Of a stretch of 64,000 nt of DNA, positions 11,524-24,689 are shown piece after piece. The DNA is taken from the NCBI GenBank assembly GCA_951804945.1, contig OX638152.1, positions 71,424,001 through 71,488,000 on the forward strand, in the 5' to 3' direction. Source of the stretch: Podarcis cretensis (taxonomy: Eukaryota). Each line of letters starts with the position of its first letter. Position 1 is the stretch's first letter. The notes below the pieces were generated by a model, which did not search any database, was not told the origin of the DNA, and saw nothing but the letters and a program-made list of their open reading frames with translations. A program made the translations under genes and the position numbers.

Positions 11524-12041
11524 CTTATGAGTTTGGGGTGGGGGAAAGCTGTATGCCAGAACCCTTCTAACCCCTGGATCCAACAGGTGTTAAGCCAGGC
11601 TGACTTCCTAATGAGAAGATCACCTGTGTGATGGGTCATTAAAGGGAACAAAGGGTGTAGATCTGTGTGAGATTGCAAATGTGTAGGGTCCCCTCCCCCA
11701 ACTTGTGGATAGTTATGTAGAAGGGCAAGGCCAGAATTGAGACCAGGGAGTTTGAAGTGATGTGAGTGGCAAGCAAAGCAGGAAACTGGGAACTGTGAGA
11801 GGCAGAGCAATGATTAATTTCTGTTTGAATCCAAGGCTGTGGCTATGGGGGAAGCAAGGCCCTCTTGGGGAGTTAATACTGTGAACCCCTCCATCATAGG
11901 CTAAGGTTACATATATATCTGTAAACAAACCATATATCATAAAGATACCACTATGCCTCATTCTGAAGGAAAAAATGAACTCCTGGCAAGGCTGGATCTC
12001 CTGAAATCTCACACTGCTCAAATATTGGGGTGGCATGCAAC
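11524..12041 (+). mobile_element. Old solo LTR-like element (family shared with 35391-36342 and 41447-41590)
   Basis: Starts T(C/G)TTATGAGTTTG and ends GCAACA. Shares the blocks AAACCATATATCATAAAGA and TGCCTCATT with the 35.4-36.3 kb copy. Confidence 0.6.
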
Positions 12042-12389
12042 AATATCTTATAATCTCAACCTTCTGGCTTGCCCTTGTGGGCTTGCAGTTTGGGAGACCA
12101 GTTCTTTCCTTTGTGATGAAGGTAATTTCAGAAGACCTGGAGCACGTTGGAAGAGCCCACACTGTGGCTCATTCCTACACCAGTTTTATACTGCCTAGAA
12201 ACTGAAGCAATGCTGGTATGATACACATGCCCCATGGGCTTCGTACTTTTCAGCTTGGGAAGGAACCCTTAGATTATAAATGATGTGGACAACCTTAGAT
12301 GTCAGTCTAATTTCAGATACTCCAACAACGACAATGCCTCCCATAGATCTGGCAGTTGTGCTGGAGGTGAGGGGTTTTCCTGGGCTTGG

Positions 12390-12390
12390 G

Positions 12391-12438
<48 letters not shown>

Positions 12439-12690
12439 TTATTTATACCCCACCTGTCTGGCCGGGCCTCCCCAGCCACTCTGGGCAGCTTCCAACACGA
12501 TATTAAAAACACAATAAAACACCGAACATTAAAAACTTCCCTAAACAGGGCTGCCTTCAGATATCTTCTAAAAGTCAGATAGTTGTTGATTTCCTTGACA
12601 TCTGGTGGGAGGGAGTTCCACAGGGCAGGCACGACTACCAAGAAGGCCCTCTGCCTGGTTCCCTTGAGGCTGGACCTCAGTGTCTGGAGT
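12390..12690 (-). mobile_element. L2 LINE 3' end
   Basis: ALWNSLPPDVKEINNYLTFRRYLKAALFREVF followed by a (TTA)n tail. Confidence 0.85.
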
Positions 12691-14408
12691 TAACGCTTTT
12701 CGACTTTCCCCAGAGCCAGGAAGTAGATCACAGCTTGCCTGCTTATTTGACCAATGGCAGGTGGACTATGGCACTGCTCCCCTCCCCCAGGGCAGATCAG
12801 GCTTCATTCTGGTCCACCCCATGGGTTTTTAATCCCGGGGCCTAGTCCACCACCTAGTCCAGTTTTGAAAAAAAATTGTACATGTTTCATTTGTTGTGTA
12901 ATAATGCTTACCAATGTAACATAGAGTTAAAGTCGTAGTGATTAATTTATTTTCCAAATAAACACACAAAACCAATAGCACATTCTTAAATAGCAGTAAC
13001 TAATAAAGGGAAAGGTTATATATATATATATATATTAAAAATGTATGGTTTATTGTGAAAAGTATTTTTATCTACTTTAAAGATTAAAGAAAACCCAAAT
13101 CATTGGAAAGATGAATAATACTTCCCTGCCTCCCTGCTCTCCGTCAGTCATTTTTAGTCAAGAGATTGAGCTCCAGTGTATGTGTGCATTTGTGTTCTTA
13201 TTTACCTGGAAGCATCAAAAGCACATGCAACAAGGTCATTATGGAAGGTGGTGGTGGGGAGACTTGCAATTATTTCCCACGACTGTCATTAATTCCTAAG
13301 CAGAGCAGTCTTCCTTGAGATAAGCAAAGAGCAGCCTTTCAAAAATAGAATACTGGTGCTTCTTGTGTAATATCAAAGGATACGGGTGAGTGGGTAGTTC
13401 TGGATGTGAAAACATCAGATCCCAGGTGTCAATCAACATTTCCACGCAGACAAGCTTTGACAGTGTTACGGCTGTGGAAATAAGGAGGTCTGAAACCTAG
13501 TGGCAAATACTGAAGTAGATTTTCTTGATGCAGAACTGGATAACAATATGCTGCCAAAAAAGCAGACACATGCCTTTCAAAAAGGTAGGGTAGTCTATGG
13601 AATTCCTTCTCTGCCCTCCACCCCCAAATTAAAGTACGAATAGCTCTCTCTCATAAATGTTGATATCATGAGCCACGATTATACCATCTGTGAGTGTTTA
13701 GGGCAGTAAGGTGGGGACCTGTAGCCCTCCAGAATTTCTTAGACTACAACTCTCACCATCCCTGATCACTTGTCATACTGATCGGGGCTAATGGGACTAT
13801 GAGTCCTCCACCCCAGTTTAGAGGGGGGTGTCTCTCTGTCAGCAAGCAAAACCATTACTATGCTTGAAGAGCTACTTGGCACATTTTGTTTACCCTGGAA
13901 GTATGGCACATGGGAAATGTCAATGTTTGGATTTTCTGAGGTGCTGTACACATGATGACTCTGTCCCAATACAGCTGTGAAAGTCCACCTAAATACTACA
14001 GTATTCTTTATGGATATTTTCATCCCAATTCAGGCTGTGTAACTGTGTGCAAGAATAAAGTGGGGCACATTGTTGCTATCGAGGCTGGCCCAAGACATTT
14101 TGCTGCCTGAGGCAGAGGATGAGGTAGCCTCCCGCTCCCTTCTATGTACAGAAGCCAATGGAAGACCGTCTTCTCCACACCACCAATAAGTAGCAAGTTT
14201 GCTGAAACTGTAGCTGCTTACAGGAGCAGAGCAACACAGACACCAAGCTTTGTACAGAAATGTATTTGTAGAAAGATGGGGCATATACATAAACTATGGA
14301 CTCAGCTACACTCGTCAATTATATTGTTATAACTGTGTTATAAACATGTAGAGCAGTGATCCGTCGCCAATGGGGTTTTTCCATTAAGAGCATATTGTTT
14401 CTATAGTC

Positions 14409-14594
14409 CAGGGGTAGTCAACCTTTTTATACCTACCGCCCACTAATGCATCTTTCTTAATGGCAAAATTTCCTTACCGCCCAGCAGTACTCAATGGAAG
14501 GAGGATTCAGCTTGTACCATAATACCCCCTACCACCCACCTAGAGTCTTGAAATGCCCACTAGTGGGTGGTAGGAACCAGGTTGGCAACCCCTG
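14409..14594. mobile_element. hAT-type MITE
   Basis: TIRs CAGGGGTAGTCAACCT / AGGTTGGCAACCCCTG; 8-bp TSD CTATAGTC / CTATAGTG. Confidence 0.85.
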
Positions 14595-15315
14595 CTATAG
14601 TGTTTTTAAAATCTGTATAGATCCAGCCTATGCCTACTGTGACTATGTCTGCTGGAATGCTTTGCTTGGTGAAGGTCCTTTCCCAGTGATACTATGATGA
14701 CGCATTGGGAGAGCAGGCAACTAGATAAGACAGCTGGCCATCCATTTCACCAGCACAGGTCATCAAGAAGCAGCACTACAGATGTGCACTGATTTAGGAT
14801 AATAAGAATGGCTGTGGGTTGGGGTGGGTAGAAGGAGGGGCTGGGAGGGGCTGGTGCAGCTGTTCTCACCTCCCCCAGTGTATACTCCCTGATGTGTCCA
14901 CCTAGCTCTAATGATAGGACAGCCCTTCTTCCTCCAGAGCTTTGCCTAAAGCAAAATGGGAAGGCTGTTTTGGTTCAGTTCTAAGGCGGACAGATCCAGA
15001 TTGCTAGGAGTGAAAGGGTTGACCCCTTTCCCCAGCACAATTTTTTCCCCACTGAAGAGTGGCTGCCCTTCTATTTTCTCTGCAAACGAAAAGTTAGATA
15101 ATTGCATGCCTCCTGTGCAATTTTCCCGTAAATAGGCAAATACCAGCTTTCAGGAGGGGCACAATTTTTATTGGGGGCAATGCCATTGTCCTGACCTGAA
15201 TCAGGGGGCCCTCATGGCAGTTACTTCTTAAAAAGTGAAGAGGTAGAAGATCCGATCACAAATTTATGCCCTTTCTCACAGGGAAGGCAATGAATGCAGG
15301 GAACAGGGTTAAATA

Positions 15316-15590
15316 CAGTGCTACCTTGGTTTTCAAACATCTCCATTGATGAACATTTTGGAACTCGAACGCTGTAAACCCAGAAGTAAATGCTGCTGTT
15401 TTCAAACACGCCTCAAAAGTCGATTGACTTCCGCTGAGAGTATATGTTATTTTTCTCAATTTTCTCTATTAAATTTGCATACCACCCTTTGCACCTTGGT
15501 TTTCAAACGTTTCAAAACTCGAACTTTTCAAAACGTTTCAAAACTTCCAGAACAGATTATGTTCAAAAACCAACTATAGGAGTACCACTA
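15316..15590. mobile_element. Tigger/pogo-like MITE
   Basis: TA-CAGTGCTACCTTGGTTTTCAAAC start and a degenerate GTACCACTA-TA end; internal repeats of CCTTGGTTTTCAAAC. Confidence 0.65.
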
Positions 15591-15987
15591 TAGTCCTTAA
15601 TGCCTCAGATTATGGATTTGTACTGAAATTGTGACAAATCAATCCTAGGTTTGTTTGTTTGTTTGTTTTTTAAATAATAATAATAATAATAATGATAATA
15701 ATAATAATAAATTTTATTTGTATCCCGCTCTCCCCAGCCAAAGCCAGGCTCAGAGCAGCTAACATTATATAAGTAAGACAATATGCATAATACAATATAC
15801 AATATGCAAATAAAATAACATTCAACATTCATTAAAATAATATAGATTATTAAATATCAGCATTTCAAAATTAAACAGAAACCCACTCAACAATTACAAT
15901 AAGTAATTTCTAAACTCCAATCAATAAAACAACAGCAAACCACAGTGCACAACATAATACAATACAAAATAAGAAGCAGAGACTGGA

Positions 15988-16220
15988 GGGTGGGGCAAGG
16001 CAGGTGGAAAGAGGCCTTGCCTGATGGAGTCTCCCCCCTCACAGTTCTTCCTCCAGGCACAGCTTCCTTATGAAGAATCCCAGGACCAGGGGGTGGGGCA
16101 AGGCAGGTGGAAGGAGGCCTTGCCTGATGGAGTCTCCCCCCTCACAGTTCTTCCTCCAGGCACAGCTTCCTTATGAGGAAGAATCTGTGGTCCAGAAACA
16201 GAATCTGTGGTCCAGAAACA
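15988..16220. repeat. 86-bp direct duplication (period 103) followed by a 20-bp perfect tandem duplication
   Basis: 15988-16073 vs 16091-16176 differ at one base. GAATCTGTGGTCCAGAAACA occurs twice at 16181-16220. Confidence 0.9.
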
Positions 16221-16381
16221 GGGACATCAACAGTGCAATCCATGTCTACTTAGAAGTCCTAGTCATACTGATTTAAATAGGGTTTCATTCTCTGATAAGT
16301 GTGTTTATGATGGCAGCCTAAATCTGCAATACTACTCCTACATACTATGGAATAAACCCTACTGGGATTTACTTATTAGTA

Positions 16382-16744
16382 GACGCTGTGGGTAAAAACC
16401 TCAGTGCCTAGGACTTGCCGATCGTATGGTCGGCGGTTCAAATCCCCGCGGAGGGGTGAGCTCCCATCTTTCGGTCCCAGCTCCTGCCCACCTAGCAGTT
16501 CGAAAGCACCCCTAAGTGCAAGTAGATAAATAGGTACCGCTTTATAGCAGGAAGGTAAACGGCGTTTCTGTGTGCTGCGCTGGTGCTGGCTCGCCAGAGC
16601 AGCTTCGTCACGCTGGCCACATGACCCGGAAGTGTCTTCGGACAGTGCTGGCTCTCGTCCTCTTAAGTGAGATGAGCGCACAACCCTAGAGTCGGACACG
16701 ACTGGCCATACGGGCAGGGGTACCTTTACCTTTACTTTACCTTA
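16382..16744 (+). mobile_element. Sauria SINE
   Basis: tRNA-like head with GGTTCAAATCC, conserved body GTGCAAGTAGATAAATAGGTACC, (ACCTTT)n tail. Confidence 0.92.
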
Positions 16745-19711
16745 GGCATGGATAGTGCTGTAAGTGTGCTCCATGTATTCATTTTCTGTCATTTTTGGAT
16801 TTATGGTCAGGGGACTGATTTGTGTGTTGCTTTTTTTAAAAAGAAGAGTATCAACAACCCTTTATGCAATGCTGGCTTGCATGGAAGATAGTATTTCTTC
16901 TGGGGAAACTATGTCAGGAAATTCTTACCAAATGTAATGGTGAACTTCCTGTGTAATCTCTTTATTGTTAAAGTCCTCAGGATGGCTCTAAGCTTCTTTC
17001 TATAGAATAGTCATCCTTCTCTGTTAAATTATGTAAGCAATTCCTGTTCACAGTCTATAGAACTTCGCTGACTTTATCCCAGGTAGAACTGTGAAAGAAT
17101 TGCCTAGAAAGGGAAGCTTTTATAACTATTGTACTAGATCTTCCATAAAGCAAGGATAACCTCTCAAGAACTACCTCCTCCTACTGTTCCTTTCTACTTT
17201 GCCAACACCTGAAAATTACAGCGATTTACAGCCATTTTTCAGTGCACCTGTTTAGCTATATTTTGGACGATTTCTTAGAGTTGACATTCTCATTCTGTGT
17301 TTTAATCTTTCATATTCTAAAGACTATTCATCATAATTGACACATTTATCCCAATCCAGCTAGGGGGTGTGATGCTAACGGTACTTTTCCATAATGGAAT
17401 CTACCAGCCAAGGCGTTTCTCATGCAGCCGCAGTGAGAGTCTCTGATCAGTGCCATACAGCTAATACAGAGAGAAGTCTTGGTTCATTATTAACTTTCCT
17501 CTCCCCTACCTAAAATCTGATCCTCTCTGTTCAGGGTTTCTAATCAAAGATATGTTAATTTTGCCATAGTTCATGTAGGTTTGACTGGTGCCAACAGTTG
17601 TCCTAGAGGATTGTCTGAATATGAGTTCACCAGTTATTGCTGGAATACAGTTCCCATCACCACAGACCAATGGCCTTCCTGTCTGGGGCTGATGGGAGCT
17701 GGAGTCCAGCAAGATCCGGAGAGTACTGCACTGACTATACTCATTCTAGTCGATAGACTTTAAAATGCTAGTTTGCATCAATGCCTTTCCCACTCCCACC
17801 CCAAGGACTGTACAAATACAACTCCAAAATATATAATTTATTAACCTTTCTACAATCCTTTCTTTTATAGCAAATGATTAGAATAATCATAATTAGTGAA
17901 GTGCAAAGCATCCCAAAATAATTTGAATAATCAATGTCTTGAAATTTGCAGCAGCCCATGAAATATATGAATAATTCAAACTTCACGCCTTGTCTCAAAC
18001 TCTTCAGATTTAGATAAGATAATGGCACTCTGCTACACATAATCATCACTTCTGAAATTAGAAGTGCTCTTTGCTTTAAGTGAGTGGGTCATTGTGCTAT
18101 GTTGCTCGAATCAGTAGTTTCACTGCAAAACAGGAAGCTGTTTCAGAAGGTGCTGATGCTGAGTTATAAATAGGAAGGTGTCACTTTTGTCCCATCCTGG
18201 ATACTAATGCTGATAAATAAATTGCTCTTCTAGTGATAAACTTGAAAATCAGCTGTGTGGAAAATGATTTATATTTGCATAATTCAATAGTCTAAAAGCC
18301 GTTTTCTTTTATAGATGATCTGTGCTGAGAGCCAGATATGATTCACCTCCTTTTTATATTCATTGAGCCAATACAGTCCCTATACAACAAAGCACCATAA
18401 TATCAGTTTAATTTTACATAAGCATCGATAGGGTTTTAATACAGCATTGACAACATTCTGTGCATTCTCTGTTAACTGAAGTGGTTCCAGCTTGGGACTG
18501 CATTAACTGGATGAATTCAGTGATGCTTCCTTAAGAGGTATCATCTATAGCATTGTAACTAGTGGTCTAATCAGGACTACACACATTTAGCAGTACAAAT
18601 CTAAAAGGATTTTTTTAAAGAAAAAAAAATCAATGTTGAAGAAAATCATAAAACCTAAAAGCAAAGCATTTCAATCTATGCAAAACGATTTACAAAATAG
18701 AAGACAGGCTCAAGGATTGCTACAAATAAATAATATATTATTACATAATTGATTGGAGCAACTGAGCAGACAAATATAAGTACCCCCATCCCCTTCTCTG
18801 AAGCCCTTAGGAAAACTCCAGCATGTTGTACATTAGGGGGGGGGAAACATTCCTTTCTTTGTTCTCCCTCTGGCTGGCTTGCTTGCTTACCACTTAGCCT
18901 AGTAAGTGAGATGTAAGGGAAGTGTACTTGTTAAGTGGGTAGGAGGCAGTGGGGACTCAAGGGGATGAACTTGGATGGGCTTGAAAATAAGTGATTCTTT
19001 CTGGGGGGTTTGGGTGTAGTTTGGCTTATTGCTAAGCATGGCTTATGGAAGCTGGCACAGTAATGCCTGACACTTCGCTAATGATAAGACCTCTGACAAG
19101 AGAAATCTGTCCTTTTACCAGCATTCTGGAAGGGGAAAGGAAAAGGGGTGGCAGAGAGACAGAGCGAGAGACAGAAGGGGTGGCTCTCATCACTTTTGGC
19201 TCCACCCACCAGCAACATGTAGCTCCTTAGAGATTAGTTCCAAGGCAATGTGGCTCTTAACTGAAAAGATTTCCCCTCTACTTGCCTACATCCATATGAA
19301 TCTTCCCAAGCACTGAGGTCAGCATCATGGACCTTTCTCACTCATTGGCAATGAAGTTCTCCAAGATTAGCAGACACCACAGAGGAGCTCTTCTCACTGG
19401 TTGCTCCTAATCTGTGGAAATCCCTTCCAAGGGGTGCACAGTTGATCCCATCCGTTTTGGACTTCAAAAGAGTGTTGAAGACAAATCTCTTCTGAATACC
19501 ATTCAAATGAATCACCTTAAGCAGTAGGCTACTGGATTATTGGCTTTTAGACTTTTAATTCTCTTGGCTTGAACTGTTTTCTTTAAAAAATAAATAACTT
19601 TAAAAAAAATGATTTTAAGTCATGTTGTATTATTGAAATTGTTGTGTTGTGTTTCATATTTGTTGTAAGCTGCATTGAGAGGACTATGTCCTGGACCTAA
19701 ATAGTCTAAGG

Positions 19712-19961
19712 CAGGGGTCTGTAAACTTTTTCAGCAGGGGTCCGGTCCACTGTCCCTCAGACCTTGTGGGGGGCCGGACTATATTTTGAAAAAAAAAATG
19801 AACAAATTCCTGTGCCCCACAAATAACCCAGAGATGCATTTTTAATAGAAGCACACCTTCCACTCATGTAAAAACATGCTGATTCATGGACTGTCTGTGG
19901 GCCGGATTTAGAAGGAGATTTGGCCAGATCTAGCCCCCGGGCCTTAGTTTGCCTATCCATG
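19712..19961. mobile_element. hAT-type MITE
   Basis: Perfect 8-bp TSD GTCTAAGG (19704-19711, 19962-19969); imperfect TIRs; second copy at 32775-33032. Confidence 0.85.
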
Positions 19962-20489
19962 GTCTAAGGTGGCCTAAATATTGTTTAAAAAAAATAAAGA
20001 AGAAGAAAGATTTTTTTACAACACTTTTCTTTTGGTTCAGCATTTTTACAAAATGCTGCAGCCTCCTCAGGTGCTTGCACTTCCTGAACTAATAAAAAGC
20101 TCCACAAGAGGACTTGCCTCCGGATATCTTCTCTTAATTTAAAGAAGTTACCTGAGATCTGTGTGCTCACTGGTTTTGTTTTTAAGGAAATTTCTCCCTT
20201 TTAACTTCTTGGAAAAGTATATTTCTCTGCATTTATTTCTTTAAAAGTAAAAGAAGACTTCACTATTTTTTAAATGCTAATTTCCAGCTGCTAGGAATGT
20301 AGCAAATGAGCCTGTACTTCCCAAGCTTGAAGAGAAGTTCAGAAGGAAACATGGTCATGAGGGAGGGCTGTAAAATGAAGACAATTGAAGGGGTGGTTTG
20401 TAAAAAGAAGATGTACCTCCAGACTCTTAGCCACCTCTTAAGAAAGGTAAGCATCCCCCCCCACAAAAATCCCCTTTACACCCACTCAT

Positions 20490-21210
20490 AAGAACTTCAT
20501 AGACATTGTCTCTTCTCAGATATTTTAAAAGCGATTTCTTTTTGTGTTAACTGATGGGTAATGGAAAGGGGGGGAAATGCAGAAGAAATATTAGACAGCA
20601 CTATCTGATGCAAATAACCACAGTCAATGCTTTGATTATTGAAGGGCATTACATTAGTTCTTCCATTCAATGGTTTAAGTATTAGGCACAAAATTGGAGT
20701 CAGTCATTAGTGATGAATAGGCACCAAATGACTTGAACAGGGCTAACAAAAAAGACAATTTAGAGTTTGGAAGAGAAATAATATCTGCAATCATTCCTAC
20801 AGATGCAGATTTCATATTAGCATTACTGAACAATTTAAGGAAAAACTACCGTATGTATGCCCAACAGGTCAAAACATCTTATAGTCAAGTGTATTTAAGG
20901 GACGATCTTTGTGTATTTTAAAAGCTATTTCTACCAGCAAACCCCTTTCATGTTTGCTGAGCTCTGACATTTGAATGTTGCATTATTGGGTAGATTTATT
21001 ATTTTAATCAAAGAAAGAAAGCATTGATCAATAAATGGAACCTTTTTGCATTAATAATAATTGATCCCATATAACAAAACGTGGATCTTCCTAGCTCTCC
21101 TAATGCTAACATTTTCTTTTGATGCATAGCAAAAAGCAAATTAAGTAATTTTGCTGCAGTTAAAATGAAGATTAAAATGGATTGGTGTATTAGGGTGTTT
21201 TGTTTGGGGT
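20490..21210. promoter_or_regulatory. Candidate conserved non-coding element
   Basis: TE-free block with ATGCAAAT, TGATTATTG, CATTAG, TGATCAATAAA and TAATTG motifs. Conservation not tested. Confidence 0.35.
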
Positions 21211-21318
21211 TTTTAAAAAGCCTATCTACAGTATCATTTTTGCCTATTTAAAGAACAGGGTAATGTTCTATCAGAATTGTTTGACTTTGTCCTCATTGTA
21301 GCATAGTTGAATACTACT

Positions 21319-21319
<1 letters not shown>

Positions 21320-21359
<40 letters not shown>

Positions 21360-22446
21360 TTATTATTTATACCCCGCCCATTTGACTGAGTTTCCCCAGC
21401 CACTCTGGGTGGCTCCCAATCAAGTGTATTAAAAACAATACATCATTAAATACATCAAGTGTATTAAAAACAATACATCATTAAATATTAAAAGCTTCCC
21501 TAAACAGGGCTGCCTTCAGATGTCTTTTAAAAATAGGATAGCTGCTTATTTCCTTTACATCTGATGGGAGGGCGTTCCACAGAGTGGGCGCCATTACTGA
21601 GAAGACCCTCTGTCTGGTTCCCTGTAACCTCACTTCTTGCAATGAGGGAACTGCCAGAAGGACCTTGGCGCTGGACCTCAGTGTCTGGGCTGAATGGGGG
21701 TGGAGACATACCTTCAGTGTCATGGTACTGCCAGAGAATGCAGGGAAGGAGCAGGAACAGGCAGAGGGAGGTGGGCAGGAAGTGGCGATTGAGGAAAGAG
21801 GGGAAAGCCAGGAGGCAGGAACACTCTCAGATGTTGAACCAGAGCCTCAGCACCACACAGGAAGTTCTGGCACAGATAGTGAGACAATGCCTATTCCGTC
21901 TGCCAGGGAAAGGAGAGAGTTAAAGAGGAGCAGGGAGAAGCATCACATGAAACTTCCCTGCCTTTTCTGTTGGAGGAGAAGCCGATGTAGGCCACTCCCA
22001 GAATCTGAACCGGAGGATTCAGATGCATGATTGTAATGCGCTGTCTGTACATATGTAAAATAAAAACTGTATATATATCTCTGAGAGAGCAGAGGTACTT
22101 ATTGTGAAGAGCATTCACAAGACATCACATTCAGGTACACAGGACTGAGGCCATCTAGGGCTTTAAATGTCAGCACCAACACTTTGAATTGTGCTCGGAA
22201 ATGTACTGGGAGCCAATGTAGATCTCTCAGGACCAGTGTTATATGGTCCCAGCAGCCACTCCCAGTCACCAGTCTAGCTACCGCATTCTGGATTAATTGC
22301 AGCTTCGAAGGTGGCCCCACGTGGAGCACATTGCAGTAGTCCAAGCGGGAGATAACCAGAGCACCACTCTGGCAAGACTGTCCGCGGGCAGATAGGGTCT
22401 CAGCATGTGTACTAGATGGAGCTGGTAGACAGCCGCCCTGGACACC
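21320..22446 (-). mobile_element. L2 LINE 3' fragment, interrupted by a solo LTR
   Basis: LDYCN..KLQLIQNAVARLVTG..DHITLVLRDLHWLPVHFRAQFKVLVLTFKAL and LWNALPSDVKE motifs; (TTA)n tail at 21320-21358. Confidence 0.9.
21718..22129 (+). mobile_element. Solo LTR (Ty3/Gypsy-like), 412 bp, containing a 102-aa ORF
   Basis: TGTCA...TCACA termini; 5-bp TSD TTCAG at 21713-21717 and 22130-22134; AATAAA near 22058; L2 sequence resumes on both sides. Confidence 0.88.
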
Positions 22447-22547
22447 GTTCTAAGTTGTTATTCAGAGTAGACCCACTTAAATTGATGGACCCAACTTAGG
22501 TTAATTTATTTCACTGGATCTACTCTGAGTAAAACTTAACTGAACCT

Positions 22548-22720
22548 CAGCTATTGAAATCTGCCTTATACCAAGTCCTTATATATTGGTCCATCGAGTT
22601 CAGTGTTATCTCTGCTAACTGGCAGTGGCTTGGCAGGATTTCAGACCAGGTACTCTCCCAGCCATACCTGGGATACTTCTGCATGCAAAGGAGATGCTCA
22701 GTCAGTGAGCTATGACCCCA
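22548..22720 (-). mobile_element. Old tRNA-derived SINE (Squam2-like)
   Basis: Minus strand reads GGGGTCATAGCTCACTGACTGAGCATCTCCTTTGCATGCAGAAG; related to the copies at 30743 and 59272. Confidence 0.55.
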
Positions 22721-24290
22721 TCCCCAGGGAAACATCATGGTAAATATGAGATATTGTTAAGTTTATTAGCAGTTAGTAAAATATCTTTGGGTGTGCGCAT
22801 TAAAAAAATAGCATATCAAACATTTGCAGGAAAACAGAGCAGCACAGTGTACTAGGCTGGTGAAACAGAACCAAGATTAGTAATTGGGGCAATCTAGCGA
22901 CTATGTAGAGCCAGCAAAGTAAATTCAGCAAAAAATACTACAAATCACCAGCTTCATGCGGGGAGGGGGGGGGAATTTCCTAAAGGGGGATGACATGAGA
23001 TCAAAGGAAACATTATTTGATTTGGTGGTGAAATATGACATTAGAGACATATAGTAAGGCAGCAGGGGCTACATTTTCATTATGTCTGCTTACTTGATGC
23101 CCACACAATAGTACTTTAGTTGAGTTCAACTATAGTTCATGCAGCACTGTAAAAATCACAGGGAAGAAAATCCAATCATCACAAAAGAGGAAGACTGTTA
23201 GCAGATCTGTCATTAGATATGTGAATGATGGCACAATATCCATTCGTAAACTTGAAGCACTCAGAAGCTTTTCAGTTTTTATTTCATCTTGAGTTTAAGC
23301 ATTGAGTTTAAGACTCCCAGATGTGGAAGGCATTAGGACAGGTGTGGGGAACCTTTCGTCCTCCACAAGCTTCATGGGCTTTGTGAAGGAGACACCAGGG
23401 GAACATTTAGGGGACTAGCTTAGTCCCCCTGGTCTACTCACCACACACCACTGGTTTGTGCATTGTTTTGGAAAGTGCAAGAAAGATAGTTCCAACTTTC
23501 AATGTGAAGTGAATTTGATTTCCTCAGCCATCCATATCTGTCACTGATACTTTTGTCCTGATAGTGTTAAAACATACAGGAGCACTGTTAATGCAACCAG
23601 TGTGTATTCATGTTCTTTAATTAAAAAGATAATATTTATGCTACTGGAACCAATTGTATCAAGTTAATTTACAGTGAAGTTTGTAGCTGTGTTTGTACTG
23701 GATCAAGTGAACTATGAAATAACTTTTTAAGGTTATAGTACATCAGGGGTTTTTTTTATACATACCATCACAGCAGTTTAACCATCCATTGAGATCTGCT
23801 CCAGAACAATTTCTATTGCTGTGAGACTCTGCTTCTTTATTATGTAGCTGGATACAAACCGTGTGTGTACCTAATGCAGACAAAATACTGAGCAGTAGAT
23901 AAATAGATATTTCACATGCCAACATTTCAGTAATGCTGGGCATGTTTCATGATCTGACGTAAGGTGAAAGTGGTGGAGGTGAGGCAGCAAATGGGGTGAA
24001 GTAGTAGATGGCCTGATTTACCTGCAGAAAGTTTCAGCTTTGATTCTTGGCATCTTTCATTAAAGCCCCTTGGGTTGATGGTCTGAGAAAGATGCCTGGC
24101 CCCACAGAGAGCTGTTCCTAGAGCAACCACCCTCCTCCCACACCTAAAGCCAAAATAACCAAATAAAAACAACAAACCAACGTAACAGAGCTGAAATATA
24201 ATAAAGAAAGTCTCTAGAAGAATAAATGAACTCTCCAAGCAGAAGAGGGGGGATGGGGAGGAATGATCAAGGTGAGTGGGAGGGGTAGTT

Positions 24291-24689
24291 GACTGAAGGA
24301 AAGTTCAGGAACGCGGGTCAGATGGCAGAACGTAAGGCTAGAAATAAGAGCGGAATAAGAGGAAGGCAGGGAGGGAAGGAAGTTCCAAGGCAACAAGGCA
24401 ATAGACACTACTCAGAAGGTAAGCAACTTGCGGCACCACGAGACAGTCCAGCAACGTCCTGTTCAGCAGCGCAAAGCAAGTGCCCCCAATCACATCACGC
24501 TGCCACTTTTATAGGCCCTGGGAATCACGCTGCTCGCTCTGATTGGCCAAAACAGCCTGGCATGATCACAGGGCCTAACGGTTAAGGCTTGGGCCACACC
24601 TAGCTACTACCCACCCTGCAGGGGTGTCCCAGGGGCCCAAGCGCAACCAGGACCCTCGTTATGGAGAATCCCACTTACCACACATTACA
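24291..24689 (-). mobile_element. Probable solo LTR (Gypsy-like)
   Basis: Minus strand starts TGTAATG and has CCAATC and TATAAAAG boxes; CpG-richer than its flanks. No TSD found; left boundary uncertain. Confidence 0.45.

Noticed and set aside
12195-12641. ORFs with poly-Leu or poly-Asn tracts (similar poly-Ile and YI-repeat ORFs at 52.6, 45.8 and 57 kb)
   Set aside because: Translations of (AAT)n and (TA)n microsatellites and L2 tails.
19318-19338. REST/RE1-like motif TCAGCATCATGGAC
   Set aside because: Mismatches in the left half-site and no AGCGCC-like right end; too weak to call.
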